Source: Octopus sinensis
Taxonomy: Eukaryota
Direction: 5' to 3'
DNA: 64,000 bases
Assembly (NCBI RefSeq): GCF_006345805.1
Contig: NC_042998.1
Span: forward strand, 137,826,001-137,890,000
Below are positions 50,725 to 62,713 of this stretch, one piece after another. The translations under genes were made by a program, and so were the position numbers. Under the pieces are notes generated by a model that saw nothing but the letters and a program-made list of their open reading frames with translations, ran no database searches and was not told where the DNA came from. Numbering within the stretch: position 1 is the stretch's first letter; the number at the start of each line of letters is the position of its first letter.

Positions 50725-51621
50725 GGAGGTCTGATCAATAAGTATCTGGACTTTTGGCATAGTAATGTAGCTAAAGCATACAGAGTGAAGCCCCTTGGCA
50801 CAGATTGACCTTGAACTCTGCTGTTCATTTGCACTAATTTTAACTCTCTAGCTCACTTCTGCTGTTTACAGCAGTGCTTGGAAGGAAGGTATGTAGTGTG
50901 TGATCATTACATTGACCATGACAGAGAAAGTTGTCATGGTGATACCTGCTTAGAGGCCTATGCAAAGTTGCAGAAAGTGTATGGAGATGAGTGTAGGAGC
51001 TACACACAAGTGTAAGAGTGGTTCAGACATTTCTGAAATGGCTGGAAAAACGTTGATATGACAAATGTTCTGGGAGACTTGTAACAGCAGAACCGAGAAG
51101 GGAAAAACATCACAGATGTGTGTGCAGCTGTGAGGGGAAATCATCGAATCATCATCTGTGAGTTATCAGAAGATGTGCAGATTAGTTACATTTCAGTTCA
51201 GTCCAATTTAACTAAAGATTTGGGTATGAGATACATGTCTTCAAATTTTGTGTCAAACTTGATTTCAGCTGACCAAAAAGACACTTGGGTTTCAGTTGCA
51301 CAAAATCTCTGTGATTGTGTTGAGAACAATGAAAACTTTTTGCAAACTTTGCACAGGCCTCTGAGCAGTTATCGCCAGACTTTTGTCAAAATTTGATGCA
51401 GATTCTCTGCTCAACTTTCTCTGTCATGGTCAATGCAACAGTCACACATTATACACCTTCCTTCCAAGCACTACTGTAAACAGCAGAAGTGAGCTAGAAT
51501 GTTAAAACTTAGTGCACATGCACAGAAGAGTTCAAGGTCAATCTGTGCCAAACAGCTTCACTCTGCATGCTCTAGCTTCATTATTGTGACAATAGTCCAG
51601 ATACTTATTGATCAGACCATG
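50725..51621 (+). mobile_element. Non-autonomous mariner derivative with about 210-bp inverted arms and an N-terminal transposase remnant
   Basis: Terminal ggtctgatcaataagtatctggact at both ends with flanking TA. 50728-50936 mirrors 51411-51618. The interior encodes decayed HTH-region peptides (KLQKVYGDEC...WFRHF, ELSEDVQIS...LTKDLGMR). Confidence 0.85.
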
Positions 51622-53039
51622 TACATAGTTTTCCATTCGAATTATTTCCTCTCTTGGTATAAAGCATAACACAAACAAAATAGACAGTAACACAGGAATG
51701 CATAGAATAATATAGATATAATGGATTTTTTACTTCTATTTCATTCATTTTTCTAATGTTATCTCCCATGGGTTTTCTCAGTTTGCAAATTTTATAGTTG
51801 CATGTTGTTTTCCTATTTTTTGTGTCTTGCAAGATACTTGACAACTTCACTAGTGCCACTGGCATGTAAAAAGCACCCTGTACATACTGTAAACCGGTTG
51901 GCATTAAGAAGGGCATCTAGCTGTAGAAACCATGCCAAAGCAGACATTGGAGTTTGGTGCAGTCCTTCTATTTTGCTAACTGTCAAACCATTCAATCCAT
52001 GCTGGTATAAAAAATGGACTTTAATTGACGATGAGGATGATGATGATGATGTTGATGATTGCTAGTATTCAAACAACTGGAAACTTTTCATAAATACTAG
52101 CAAATCATACAGAATAAAAGTATCCATTTGTTTTGTCATATCGATGGCAGTAAGTAAAGATATGCATCTTCTCCAAGGACGAAACAGAACTGTAGCTATT
52201 GGGATTGAACTGAAAACCTTTTGATTTATAATGTAACACTTTATCCATCAAGCATTATACTCTTCAGTTCAACAAAAGTTTAAATTCAGATCACTATAAA
52301 CAGGAAGATTTTTTATCAAGAACCAGGTTGTGGTTTCAGGTGGGCTGGTAGTGAAAGGGTTAAACACCTCAAATTTTAAATAATTTTTGATATTTGGTTG
52401 TAAATGAATGCTAAATTATTCCCATTGAAGTTAATCATTGCATTTCAAGTACATTTTTTGTTTTTATTGCAACTGCTTCATAGTTAAATTATGAATTTGT
52501 TTTGCTAGATTCCTGATTTGAAATTTTGTGTTATATTTTGGGATGGTCATTTTTTCTTCCCCAATAATAAATGAGTGAAGAATATATATATATATATAGT
52601 GTATGTGTTTATTTGGCAAGAAAAAAAAATGACCATTCCAAAATATAACAATATGCTACACAGTTGTTTTACAATTATACAGCAACTAAAGTGCAGCTAC
52701 AACACAAATTTTTTTATATCAACTTTGGGGAGCATTTATTATTTTATTGGTATTCTTTTATAGGATAAAATTATTATCATTCGAAACTCTAGATCCACAA
52801 AGAAAGGGAGTATTTCAAAAGTGTTTATATCTTAACAATAAATTTGTCTATGTTAAATGTCTTTTCCATAGTCACAGTATAGTAACTGTTCAATTTAACC
52901 TTGTTGGTTTAGCTAACCACCTTTAGTGATCCATATCCTATCAAGTTACATATTCTGATCCCCAGGATATTGTCAGATTGGTTGAATCATCCAGACTACA
53001 GAGAATTATGCAATGATTGGTTTTACTCCAGTTTGCCAT

Positions 53040-53352
53040 ACCTTTTTTCGTCGCCCTTTTCAAGCCTAGCCAGGCTCATGAGCGTGGTTTCCCAGTTTCT
53101 GTGACGTATGTGTTCCCCCCAGCTGGACGGGATGCCAGTCCATCGCAGTGTTACTCAAGAAACAGGAAGAAAGAGTGAGAGAAAGTTGTGGTGAAAGAGT
53201 ACAACAGGGGTCACCACCACTCCCTGCTGGAACCTCGTGGAGCTTTTGGGTGTTTTTGCTCAATAAACACACACAACGCCCAGTCTGGGAATCGAAACTG
53301 CGATTCGCCAACTGCGAGTCCGCTGCCCTAACCACTGGGCCATTGTGCCTCC
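53040..53352 (-). mobile_element. Well-preserved tRNA-derived SINE
   Basis: Minus strand gtggaggcacaatggcccagtggttagggcagcggactcg...gtttcgattcccag (A and B boxes), followed by a non-tRNA body. Confidence 0.85.
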
Positions 53353-53879
53353 ACTGCCATACCTTTTAGGTTACCTAAAGACACAGGCTAATGTCATTTG
53401 GAGCAAACATACATTTTAAGTTAGCAATTTGGCTGGTCAGAGTATCAAACACTTGCTTTCTCACTCTTATCAGTTTCATGATGTCAATGCTGTGATGAGG
53501 GTACATTGGAGGCAGTTTGTCTGGTTGAGGTGATCGGTTTACATGTGTTGTACTGAATCATTTTATAAGTCAGTGGAAGTACACCCACCAGGTGTCCAGT
53601 TCTAGTTATACTGAACCTAAGCATGATGCAATACCAGTGATGCAGCCTATATCCTATCAATATAGTCAGCTGTGGCACCATTTAACATGATTACTGTAAC
53701 ACAAGTATCGCAAATTGTGGATAAAATGATATAGAAATAATTAAAAAAAAATCTTTCTGAAATTCTCAAATATTGATTCAGGTTAAGTTGTATATCTTCT
53801 GCTTTTTTTTGTTATTTATCTTTAGACCAAGAGGGGAGGCATTGCCTATGACCTCTTACAGGGCTTCTGAGACTGATAG

Positions 53880-54070
53880 GAGGTTGAGAAGAAATTGTTC
53901 TCAAATTGGGAACCCAGTACTTGGCTAGTATTTTATTTTATCAACTTGGGAGAGATGGAAGACAAAGTTGACCTTGATATGATTTGAACTCAGAATGTAA
54001 AATGAGCCAGAATAAATACTGCAAAGTATTTTGTTCAACACTAATGATTCTATCAATTCATCACCTTAGT
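53880..54070 (-). mobile_element. (ATT)n-tailed SINE family copy, minus strand
   Basis: Reverse complement of the 55175-55426 SINE (gttgaccttgatatgatttgaactcagaatgt). Other copies at about 16860-17040(-), 54340-54503(+) and 62830-63070(-). Confidence 0.7.
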
Positions 54071-54471
54071 CTCAAATATGATAAGTTAAGGACAAATCTG
54101 AATTAATACTCCTCTTCTCAGATACCTAATGAAGCAAAAAATGTTGAAATTTCTTTTAAATATCTTTTGTTAAGTTTTATATAAATACTTAATTTACTTC
54201 CAGGTTTTTGATTTTTCATACCAATTTATTAACTGCTTTTGGCTAAACCCCATTATGAAAATTATACTTTTTAAAGTGTTTCAAATGCCTTAATAATAAT
54301 AATAATAATAATAATAACAATAACAATAACAACAACAACTTAGCCTTTCATCCTTTTAAGGTCGATATAATAAGTACCAGTTGAGAACTGGGTTGATGTA
54401 ATTAACTTAACCCCACCCCCCAAAAAAAATTACTGGCCTTGTGCCAAAATTTGAAATCATTATCGTCATCA

Positions 54472-54503
<32 letters not shown>

Positions 54504-54506
<3 letters not shown>

Positions 54507-55092
54507 ATTGCCTTTGCACAGCTTCTAATGCTGGTAGAGATGTACTGCAGTGTCAGCTATTCACTACCAGTGAAATGAGGTAACACCTCTTAATTTTCGA
54601 GCACCTTCCAGAGTATTCTGACGGTTCCAAGCAGTGCTGTTTACTGCAAGTGCCCCACCCTTATTGCAGCCCCTATTTGTTCTATGTACTTTTTGAGATT
54701 TTTGCTTACTGTTCTGAGGGCTCCGGCAATTATTGGTACTACTGCTATCTTTTTCATTGACACAACTGCTTAACTTCCCAAGCTAACCTGTCATATCTCT
54801 CAACTTTTCTTTCTTCCATATTCCATACCTTGTTGTCAGCTGGGCATGCTATATCTATGATCCAGCATAGTTTGTTTTCTTTCTCAATTAAGACTATGTC
54901 TGGCTTCCTATTTTCTATCTCGTGGTCACACTGAATCGTAAAATCCCATAGGATATTTGCATTTTTATTTTCGACGATGCCTTCAGGTTTGTGGCCATAC
55001 CAATTTTTTGCTCTGTCAAGTCCATACTTGTTGCAAAGTGTCCAATGGACAAGCCTTGCTATATTGTCTGGTGTCTCATATTCCTTCTGGGC
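54504..55092 (-). mobile_element. 3' fragment of an R4/Dong-type non-LTR retrotransposon (restriction-like endonuclease domain) embedded in (TAA)n
   Basis: AQKEY..DNIARLVHWTLC, ILWDFTIQCDHEIENRKPDIVLIEKENKLCWIIDIACPAD (PD..D motif), KVERY..L and the C-terminal TALLGTVRILWKVLEN* (stop 54590-54592). (ATT/TAA)n tracts lie on both sides. Confidence 0.85.
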
Positions 55093-55174
55093 TGCTGCTG
55101 CTGCTATTATTATTATTATCATTATTATTATTATTATTATTATTATTAATAATAATAATAATAATAATAATAAT

Positions 55175-55383
55175 GTGTGAGCTGGCAGAATCATTAGCAA
55201 GCTGGGTGAAATGATTAGTGGTATTTCGTCTGTCTTGGTGTTTTGAGTTCAAATTCTGCTGAGGTTGACTTTACTTTTCATCCTTTTGAAGTCAATAAAA
55301 TAAGTACCAGTTGAGTACTGGGGTTGATGTAATTGACTTTTCCCCTCCCACAAAATTGGTGGCCTTGTGCCAAAATTTGAAAC

Positions 55384-55426
<43 letters not shown>
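55175..55426 (+). mobile_element. (ATT)n-tailed tRNA-derived SINE
   Basis: gagctggcagaatcattagc...gagttcaaattctgctgagg...aagtaccagttgagtactgggg...ccttgtgccaaaatttgaaacc(att)n. Confidence 0.85.
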
Positions 55427-55427
<1 letters not shown>

Positions 55428-55515
55428 GAGTGAGAGAGCTGTGCATGCCATCAAAGTGACACTGGCTTAAAATATACAAAGCCCATTAAATCCATCATAA
55501 CTACCCATCTGATAA

Positions 55516-55740
55516 GGTGGCAAGCTGGCAGAATTGTTAGCGCACTGGGAAAAATGCTTAGCAGCATTTTGTCCATCTTTACACTCTGAGTTCAAATTCC
55601 GCTGAGGTTAACTTTACCTTTCATCCTTTCAGAGTCGATAAATTAAGTACCAGTTGAGTACTGGGGTCAGTGTAATTAATTTACCCATTACCCCAAAATT
55701 GCTTGCTTTGTGCCAAAATTTGAAATTTATTGTTGTTATC

Positions 55741-55787
<47 letters not shown>
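55516..55787 (+). mobile_element. (ATT)n-tailed tRNA-derived SINE abutting the KIF24 acceptor
   Basis: Second tandem copy of the same family; its tail ends about 18 nt before the AG at 55805-55806. Confidence 0.85.
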
Positions 55788-55788
<1 letters not shown>

Positions 55789-55816
55789 TTCTTTTGGCTA
55801 TTTCAGTGGTTAAGTC

Positions 55817-56587
55817 ATGGGAACCCTGTATGATTGTCTTCGGGAGGTTCATCTTGAGAGATATTACTCCTCTTTCTTAACTCATGGCATATCAAAAGCT
55901 GAGTCGTTAGTGAAACTGACACCTCGAGATTATGGAGCATTCGGGCTAAACACTACAGATGAAAGACGTCGCCTCTATGAACTCATTAACTTGCTACGAT
56001 CTATTTTTAATTCATCCAGTCATGCAACAACAGTACCTCGCCAGAAACTTGAACACAAACGGTCACACAGCTTTTGTGGCAACCCCAAGAGAACAGCAGC
56101 AGTATCGCGGTCATCCACCCCTCCACCCCCACCCCCATCATCACCATCTCATTCAACTTCCCCTTCCACTGTTATAGTTCCCTCGGCGCTTGAGCAGTCT
56201 CTAAAGGAGGCAAGATCTCAACACGCATCTGTGGTGGTGGCGTCTCGTAAACATTTTTCTAATACAGACTTTCTGTCAACTAAGGTTGTTGAGAACCATG
56301 ATTTTAATTACTCAGCTAATTTATCAGATAGTTCAGGCAGTTCCCCTCAGAGTCCAATTGAAAAAGTCACTCATCATACTTCATACAATTATGGAATCCC
56401 AAAGAACAAGAAAAAGGTACGAGCAAGTAGTCCTCGTTCAATGAGAGATGAAAAAATTAAAGTTTGTGTCCGCAAAAGACCTTTAAAAGGGAAAAGTGAA
56501 ATGGATGTAGTTGAAGTAAAGGATGGTAACACTGTTATAATCAATGAAATGAAATTAGCAGTTGATCTCTCTTCATACATCTTACAG
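55817..56587 (+). CDS. KIF24: KIF24 (kinesin-13 family, N-terminal SAM domain), first coding exon
   Basis: tttcag acceptor at 55806 and in-frame TAA at 55811 before the ATG. SAM-like MGTLYDCLREVHLERYYSSFLTHGI...DERRRLYELINLL, a low-complexity linker, then the motor start EKIKVCVRKRPL...KLAVDLSSYILQ. Donor cag|gtaaat. Confidence 0.9.
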
Positions 56588-59469
56588 GTAAATTATACAT
56601 TTTTCATCAAATGTATGCATCTTTATCTTCTTCCCAGCTACTCCCACCCACCCTTAAATAATGTGGGGTAGCCATGTATTTTCTCTATAGCAAGACACCT
56701 GTGCTTTCTCTTCGAAATGTGGGTAGCCATGTAGCTCCTCTAGAACAAGTACATGCTCTGTTCTACCCTCTTATATCTTAACCCTCATCCTGTCAAACTG
56801 TCCAACCTATGTCAGCATGTAAAATGGATATTAAATGATGATGATGATGTAATGAGAGGTTTGGGTGCAGCTGATTGGATGCTGATGATATGGCACAGCT
56901 GATTGGACATGCAGACTGTTTTGGCAACAATACTTTTTTCCATGTGAGGCATTTAGTAACAGAGTGTCATAAGTACCACCCTAGCCATTTTCGAGGTTAG
57001 TATATCATTTTCTTTGTCTTGACATCTAGAATCAGGTGAAGCTTGCAATAAGGTCGAAAATCTGGCTGAAAAAAATTGTACCTTGATGCTAGTGACATGA
57101 TCCTCGCTCACCCAAACTTGTACCAGTGAGTTTAGTAACACACCATCATAAGCACACACGCTCAATCAATGAGTTTGGTGTTGAACCATTATTGTTCTTC
57201 AAGGTGTTATGGCTCATTTTCTAATATTCCTTCTTACCATCATAATGATAATGGGCTATTATCTTACTATTTTATTTTACTTACCTCTTAAAGATACTTA
57301 CCTTGGTATATTAAAACACAAATAATACATTTGCGGGGTGTCTGTTTTCTCTAGATATTATGGCTAAAATATGCAATGCGATACGCCGTTTCGTTGTACC
57401 AGTATATTCTACAAAATGAGAAAAACCCAGTTATTGTTTCATCTTTCAGATGCATACATAAATAAATAATTTTACATTGGTGGAATGATTAGAGGAGGTC
57501 TTCATGGTCATTTTAAGACCAAAATCAACTTACTAACTTCATTCCTTGCTGAGAGATCGCATTCTGAAAGTCATGAAACTTTGCGTTTTTCTCGGTATTA
57601 AGCCATGGTGCTTACAAAGGTCTGTTACTAAACACCTCATTTGAAGTAACAGCATACACACACACACACATGCACACATATGCTGAAATATACACACAGA
57701 TAGAGAGAGGGAGAAAATGAAGAGAAACCTTAAAAATGTCTGATGTCAAATAAGTCAGCATCAAATCACTAACCCCAAATAAGCAGAATCAAAATGGCTC
57801 TGCCAAAATCTCTCATGCCCACTTAACTTGCCTCTTTATTTCTTCTCTGTATAATGTTGCATCTAATATTTTAAGCCAAATGAATGTGTGTTTAAGGTAC
57901 TGCATTCATTCCTAGCTATTATCAAGAAACACACTTATGTAACTCTGCCTTTCAGTCCATCTGAATGAAAAGAGTAACTGCTATTTTATTTCATAGTTTA
58001 TTTCACGAGTGGTTAAATGTAGGAATGACATCTAGCTGCAGAGCTGACAACTTACTTTATACTAGCATGTAATAATGGATGCAAAATAGCTTAACAATAA
58101 CACTCACACACAAATATATATGAGGGTAGTTAATTAGAAGCAGATGAGGAATTAACCCCTAAAATATGAAATGAGATAATTGTACATACAAGACAGATAA
58201 CTGCTACTGTAAACAAAGGAAGCAAAAGTTGAAAAAAGCCAAAAGTTGACATTTTAGCTAATTTTACAAGGCCAATGTCTGGTTGCTGTACTATTAAATC
58301 ATTGAAAGACATTTTCCAACAAAGGATACAAGTCTATAGTAAGTAAATTTCTCAGAAACATTTGGAATCTATTGCTGATTGTTGTGTGTTGTACATTATA
58401 TATATGTGTATATATGCATGCATGTGTTTCCTTGTCTTCACATTGTATGATTATTGTAAATGAAAGTCATCATTATAGTGAAGCTTTTGGATATTTAGGG
58501 GTTAAAACCAACATTCCCAAACTGCGTAAATTCAGTGGGTGTAAATCAATCAGTGCTCTTGAACTAGCTTTCACCTGGGCTGACCAAAGACTTGTAAGTG
58601 GATTTGGTAGATGGAAACTGAAAGAAACCCATCATTTGTGTGTGTGTGTGTGTGTGAGAGAGACCCCTTGTCTTGAGATCATGTGATAATTGTTATCAAG
58701 CATCACCATCATACAGGCAGTGTTCAGTATTTGCAGTCTGTGGAAGCAGGTCTGGCCATGAGGAAATCTTGGTTGGAAACAGGTGATGGCTGGCAACAGA
58801 GAAGGCATCAAGTTATAGAAAATCTCCCTCAAAGAATTCACCTGTGCATGGAAAAATGGATATTAAACTGATATGCTCTTTTCTGGTCTGATCGCCATCC
58901 CATGTGCTTGTGTTACTTTAAATGTTAGAGCAATAATATATTTAGAAGACTGATTGTTATGGCTGGTCAGAGAGTGACCATCAGTTTTGGACTTGCAGGG
59001 TCATTCTGGATACATTTTTTGTTTACAAAGCTAACCGACCATCATGTTTTCTTCCCTCCGGTTGCAGAGAGGTTATGTATTTCTGGCCATTTAAGTCTGA
59101 TGAGTCACCTATACAGCTAAGCACTTTATAGGTGTGAAACGAATGGTCACTCCCTGATTGGTTATAACAATCAACCTTCTAAATATAATATATATTGTGA
59201 CCCCCTTTGGTCATGGATGACCATGGGATTGCACCTAGAAAGTTACCCTCCGAGGCACAAGTCTGGGCAAGGTTGTTTATGGAAGACCAGCAGTTGCCTA
59301 TGCGTACTGGCCTCCCCTCTCCATGTCACCGATGTTATCCAAGGGAAAGGCAAAGGCAGATACAGCTTGGTACCAGTGACGTCACAGCTCATTTATTAAC
59401 GTGTAAGTGGATGAGCACTCCACAGACGTGTACCTTTAACGTAGTTCTCAGGGAGATTCAGCGTGATGT

Positions 59470-60270
59470 GATGGCAATCCCTCAAGGTTGAGGATAATGG
59501 TCTTCGTGCAAATTTACTGGTGAGTCCGTAGGTGACCGATAAGACCAATTCTTGCTTGAAAAGATCGGTCGCAGTGCAGACATCTAGTGCCGGAAGGGAG
59601 AGTCGCATGTGGTTGTTGTTGGCGCTCCTTCCATCGTCGTCTTTTCTCCTCCAGCTCTGCAGACCTTTTCGACTCGAAAGTCGCCGTTCCCTCATGGATG
59701 GTGGTTTTCCAGAGTGGTCTGTTTTTTGCCGTTTCCTCCCAGTTAGTGAAGTCGATGTCACACTTTTTGAGGTTCGTTTTCAGGGAGTCCTTGTAGCGTT
59801 TCTTCTGGCCTCCTTTTGTACGCTTGCCGTCTTTGAGTTGGGAGTAGAAGATCTGTTTGGTAAGTCGTTTGTCAGTCATTCTAACCACGTGGCCGCTCCA
59901 TCTTAGTTGGCCTTTGATGACATAGGCTTCGATGCTGGTCATTTTTGCTTCTTGTAGCACGCATATGTTTGTTCTTCTGTCTTCCCAGCTGATGTTAAGG
60001 ATCTTCTGAAGACAGCGTTGGTGAAATTTCTCGAGCGTTTTCAGGTGGTGACTATACGGGGTCCAGGTTTTGGATGCGTAAAGGAGGGTTGGAATAATGA
60101 CTGCCCTGTACGCCATGAGTTTGGTTTCGGTTCGGATGTCCCGATCAGCAAAAACTCTTGTTCGAAGCTTGCCGAAAGCTGTTCCTGCACACTTCAGACG
60201 GTGTTGGATTTCATCGCTGAGGTCTACCTGTGCTGACAGATGGCTCCCAAGGTAGCAGAAATAGTTCACA
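59470..60270 (-). mobile_element. 5'-truncated RTE-clade LINE with C-terminal C2H2 zinc finger
   Basis: Open frame YFCYLGS...PTLLYASKTW...LRWSGHVVRM...GGQKKRYKDSLK...CLHCDRSFQARIGLIGHLRTHQ* (stop at 59514), with a short 3' UTR. Confidence 0.88.
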
Positions 60271-61163
60271 TTGTACAATGCATGTGTGTGAACTGCTATG
60301 CTACATGGCAGTGAAATATGGGCCTTGAATGCTGAGGACATGCATAGGCTTGAAAGAAATGAAACTAATATGATCCGCTGGAGAGAAAAGTTGGGCATAA
60401 GCAGCATCAAATGTGGTGTGCAAGAGAGGCGACTGTGCTAGTATGGCCATGTGTTACATATGAATGAGGACAGCTGTGTGAGGAAGTGCCACTCCCTAAC
60501 TGTAGAACGAACCTGTGGAAGAGGTAGACCCACGAAGACATGGGATGAGGTGGTGAAGTATGACCTTTGAACATTAGGCCTCACAGAAGCAATAACAGGA
60601 GACCAGGACCTTTGGAGATATGCTGTGATTGAGAAGACCCAGTAACTAAAGTGAGATCGCAGCCATGCATGTCCAGCCTTGTTAAAAATACTCTTGATGT
60701 GTCGGGCAATGATATGATATGCTTGAGAAGACCTGTTGAGTCAAGTAAAACCAATATTGCAGACTGGCTCACGTGCTGGTGGCACATAAAAAGCACCATT
60801 CGAACGTGGATGATGCCAGGACTGCTAGACTGGCCCCCTGTGCCTGTGGCATGTAAAAAGTACCAACTGAATGTGGCCAATGCCAGTACCCACTGACTGG
60901 CTCCTGTGCTGGTGGCACATAAAAAGCACCATCTGAACATGATCATTGCCAGGCCTGCCTTACTGGCTCCTGTGCTGGTGGCATGTAAAAAGCACCCGCT
61001 ACACTCTCAGAGTGGCTGGCGTTAGGAAGGGCATCCAGCTGTAGAAACTCTGCCAGACCAGATTGGAGCCTGGTGCAGCCGCTGGCTCTCCAGACCTCAG
61101 TCAAACCATCCAACCCATGCCAGCATCGACAACGGACGTTAATCGATGATGATGATGATGATG
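60271..61163 (+). mobile_element. RTE LINE 3' fragment (family of 7361-8742) with 4-unit minisatellite and (GAT)n tail
   Basis: LYNACV.TAMLHGSEIWALN, GRGRPTKTW and the matching 3' UTR. Confidence 0.85.
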
Positions 61164-61414
61164 ACACTGCAAACAAAAAGATAAACACCTCCTTAATGAT
61201 GTATACAAATAGTAGTGACTTGTATCTGGTAAAGACATGGTGGAATATTTGTTGTTCTTGATCTCTGGGTTGCACCTAAATATCTAACAAACTAACCAGT
61301 ATGTCATAGAGAAGGGTTGACACAATATCAGTAATAAGCAAACATTTTTTTCATAAATAATTGCAAAGAAATAAATATCTGCACTCTTTGCTTCTTTTTT
61401 TCTATTCTTTGTAG

Positions 61415-61512
61415 CACAAATTTTATTTTGATGTTGCTTTTGGTCAAGATTCCAGCAATGAAGAAGTTTACCAAAAAGTTGGCAAACCTTTAGTGGAATG
61501 GCTTTTTGAAAA
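61415..61512 (+). CDS. KIF24: KIF24 second coding exon (motor domain)
   Basis: Long polypyrimidine tract plus gtag acceptor and aa|gtaagt donor; phase 0 joins exon 1. Encodes HKFYFDVAFGQDSSNEEVYQKVGKPLVEWLFE, the kinesin F.FD..F....N..VY....PLV segment. The gene continues beyond the window. Confidence 0.9.
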
Positions 61513-62248
61513 GTAAGTCATCATTACAAGTTTGTTTTTTTATATATTTTTCCTCAATTCTAATTATTGGTTTTACCAAGATTTTGAGAGATATAAGACT
61601 ATCCAAATATAATTACATCATGTAATTTAGGATCTATAACATTAAATGTCAGCATGGACAGTAGGCAAAACTATGATGATGATGATGATTATATATATAT
61701 ATATATATATAATCATCATTTAATGTCTGTTTTCTATGCCAGCATGGCATGGACGGTTTGACTGAAAACTGGTAAGCTCTAGGTTCCGATCTGATCTGGC
61801 AAAGTTTCTATGGCTGGATGCCTTTCCTAATGCCAACTACTCTGAGAGTATAGTGGGTATTCTTATGTGCCACTGGCATGAGTGCCATTTACCTGACACC
61901 AACATTGGCCATGACTCCAGTCTCATTTGACTTGTCAGGTCTACACAGCATAATATATAGTCAAAGACCTGTCACTGTCTCCATGAGGCCCAATGCTCAA
62001 ATGATGCTTTTTACTTGTCACCGTAAAAAGCACCTTTAGCGCATTGGGCCTCATGGAAGCAGTGATAGGCATCTGAGATATTATATTAGGCTTGGCTGTG
62101 TGGCAAGAACTTTGCTTCCCAATCACATATTTTCAGGGTTCAGTCCCACTACATGGCACTTTGGGTATGTGTCTTCTACTATAGCTGTGGTCTAATCAAA
62201 GCCTTGTGTGTTGGTCGACGGAATGTGAAAGAAGCCAGTCATATATCT

Positions 62249-62279
<31 letters not shown>

Positions 62280-62504
62280 CTGCGTGCCTGCGCACATGTT
62301 TGTGCTTGTATTACTGTATCTTGACATTGCATGATAGTTGTAAAAGTGTCACTGTCATGCAAGCATTGTCCTTCATTTCCAATTTTCAATAATAGACATA
62401 CAAGTCTGGTCATATTGCCATACTTGGATAGCATCATTCAAAGCGCATTGTGACTAGTGATGTGTGACAAGATCTGATAGTCTGGTCAGTCACATGATCA
62501 TGTG

Positions 62505-62553
<49 letters not shown>

Positions 62554-62558
<5 letters not shown>

Positions 62559-62713
62559 TTAATGATAATAAGGGAACTGATTTTTTCACATCCATAATTT
62601 TATTTAACAGTTCTTTACAACATCTTTTTGGGACCCGAAATGATTCTGTAAATAACTGTTAAATAAAATTATGGATGTGAAAAATCTCTGTTCTCCTATT
62701 ATCATTAATACTA
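62554..62713. mobile_element. 160-bp near-perfect hairpin element (MITE-like) next to (TA)n
   Basis: Arms tagtattaatgataata...tttttcacatccataattttatttaacagtt.tttaca (about 65 bp) with a loop of about 25 nt. Confidence 0.8.

Noticed and set aside
53280-53352. tRNA gene (also at 18282-18330)
   Set aside because: A and B boxes are present but there is no acceptor-stem closure; the sequence continues into a SINE body.
54754-55200. 148-aa protein with poly-Leu/Ile/Ala N-terminus
   Set aside because: The N-terminus is translated (TAA)n/(GCA)n microsatellite fused to a truncated retrotransposon endonuclease fragment.
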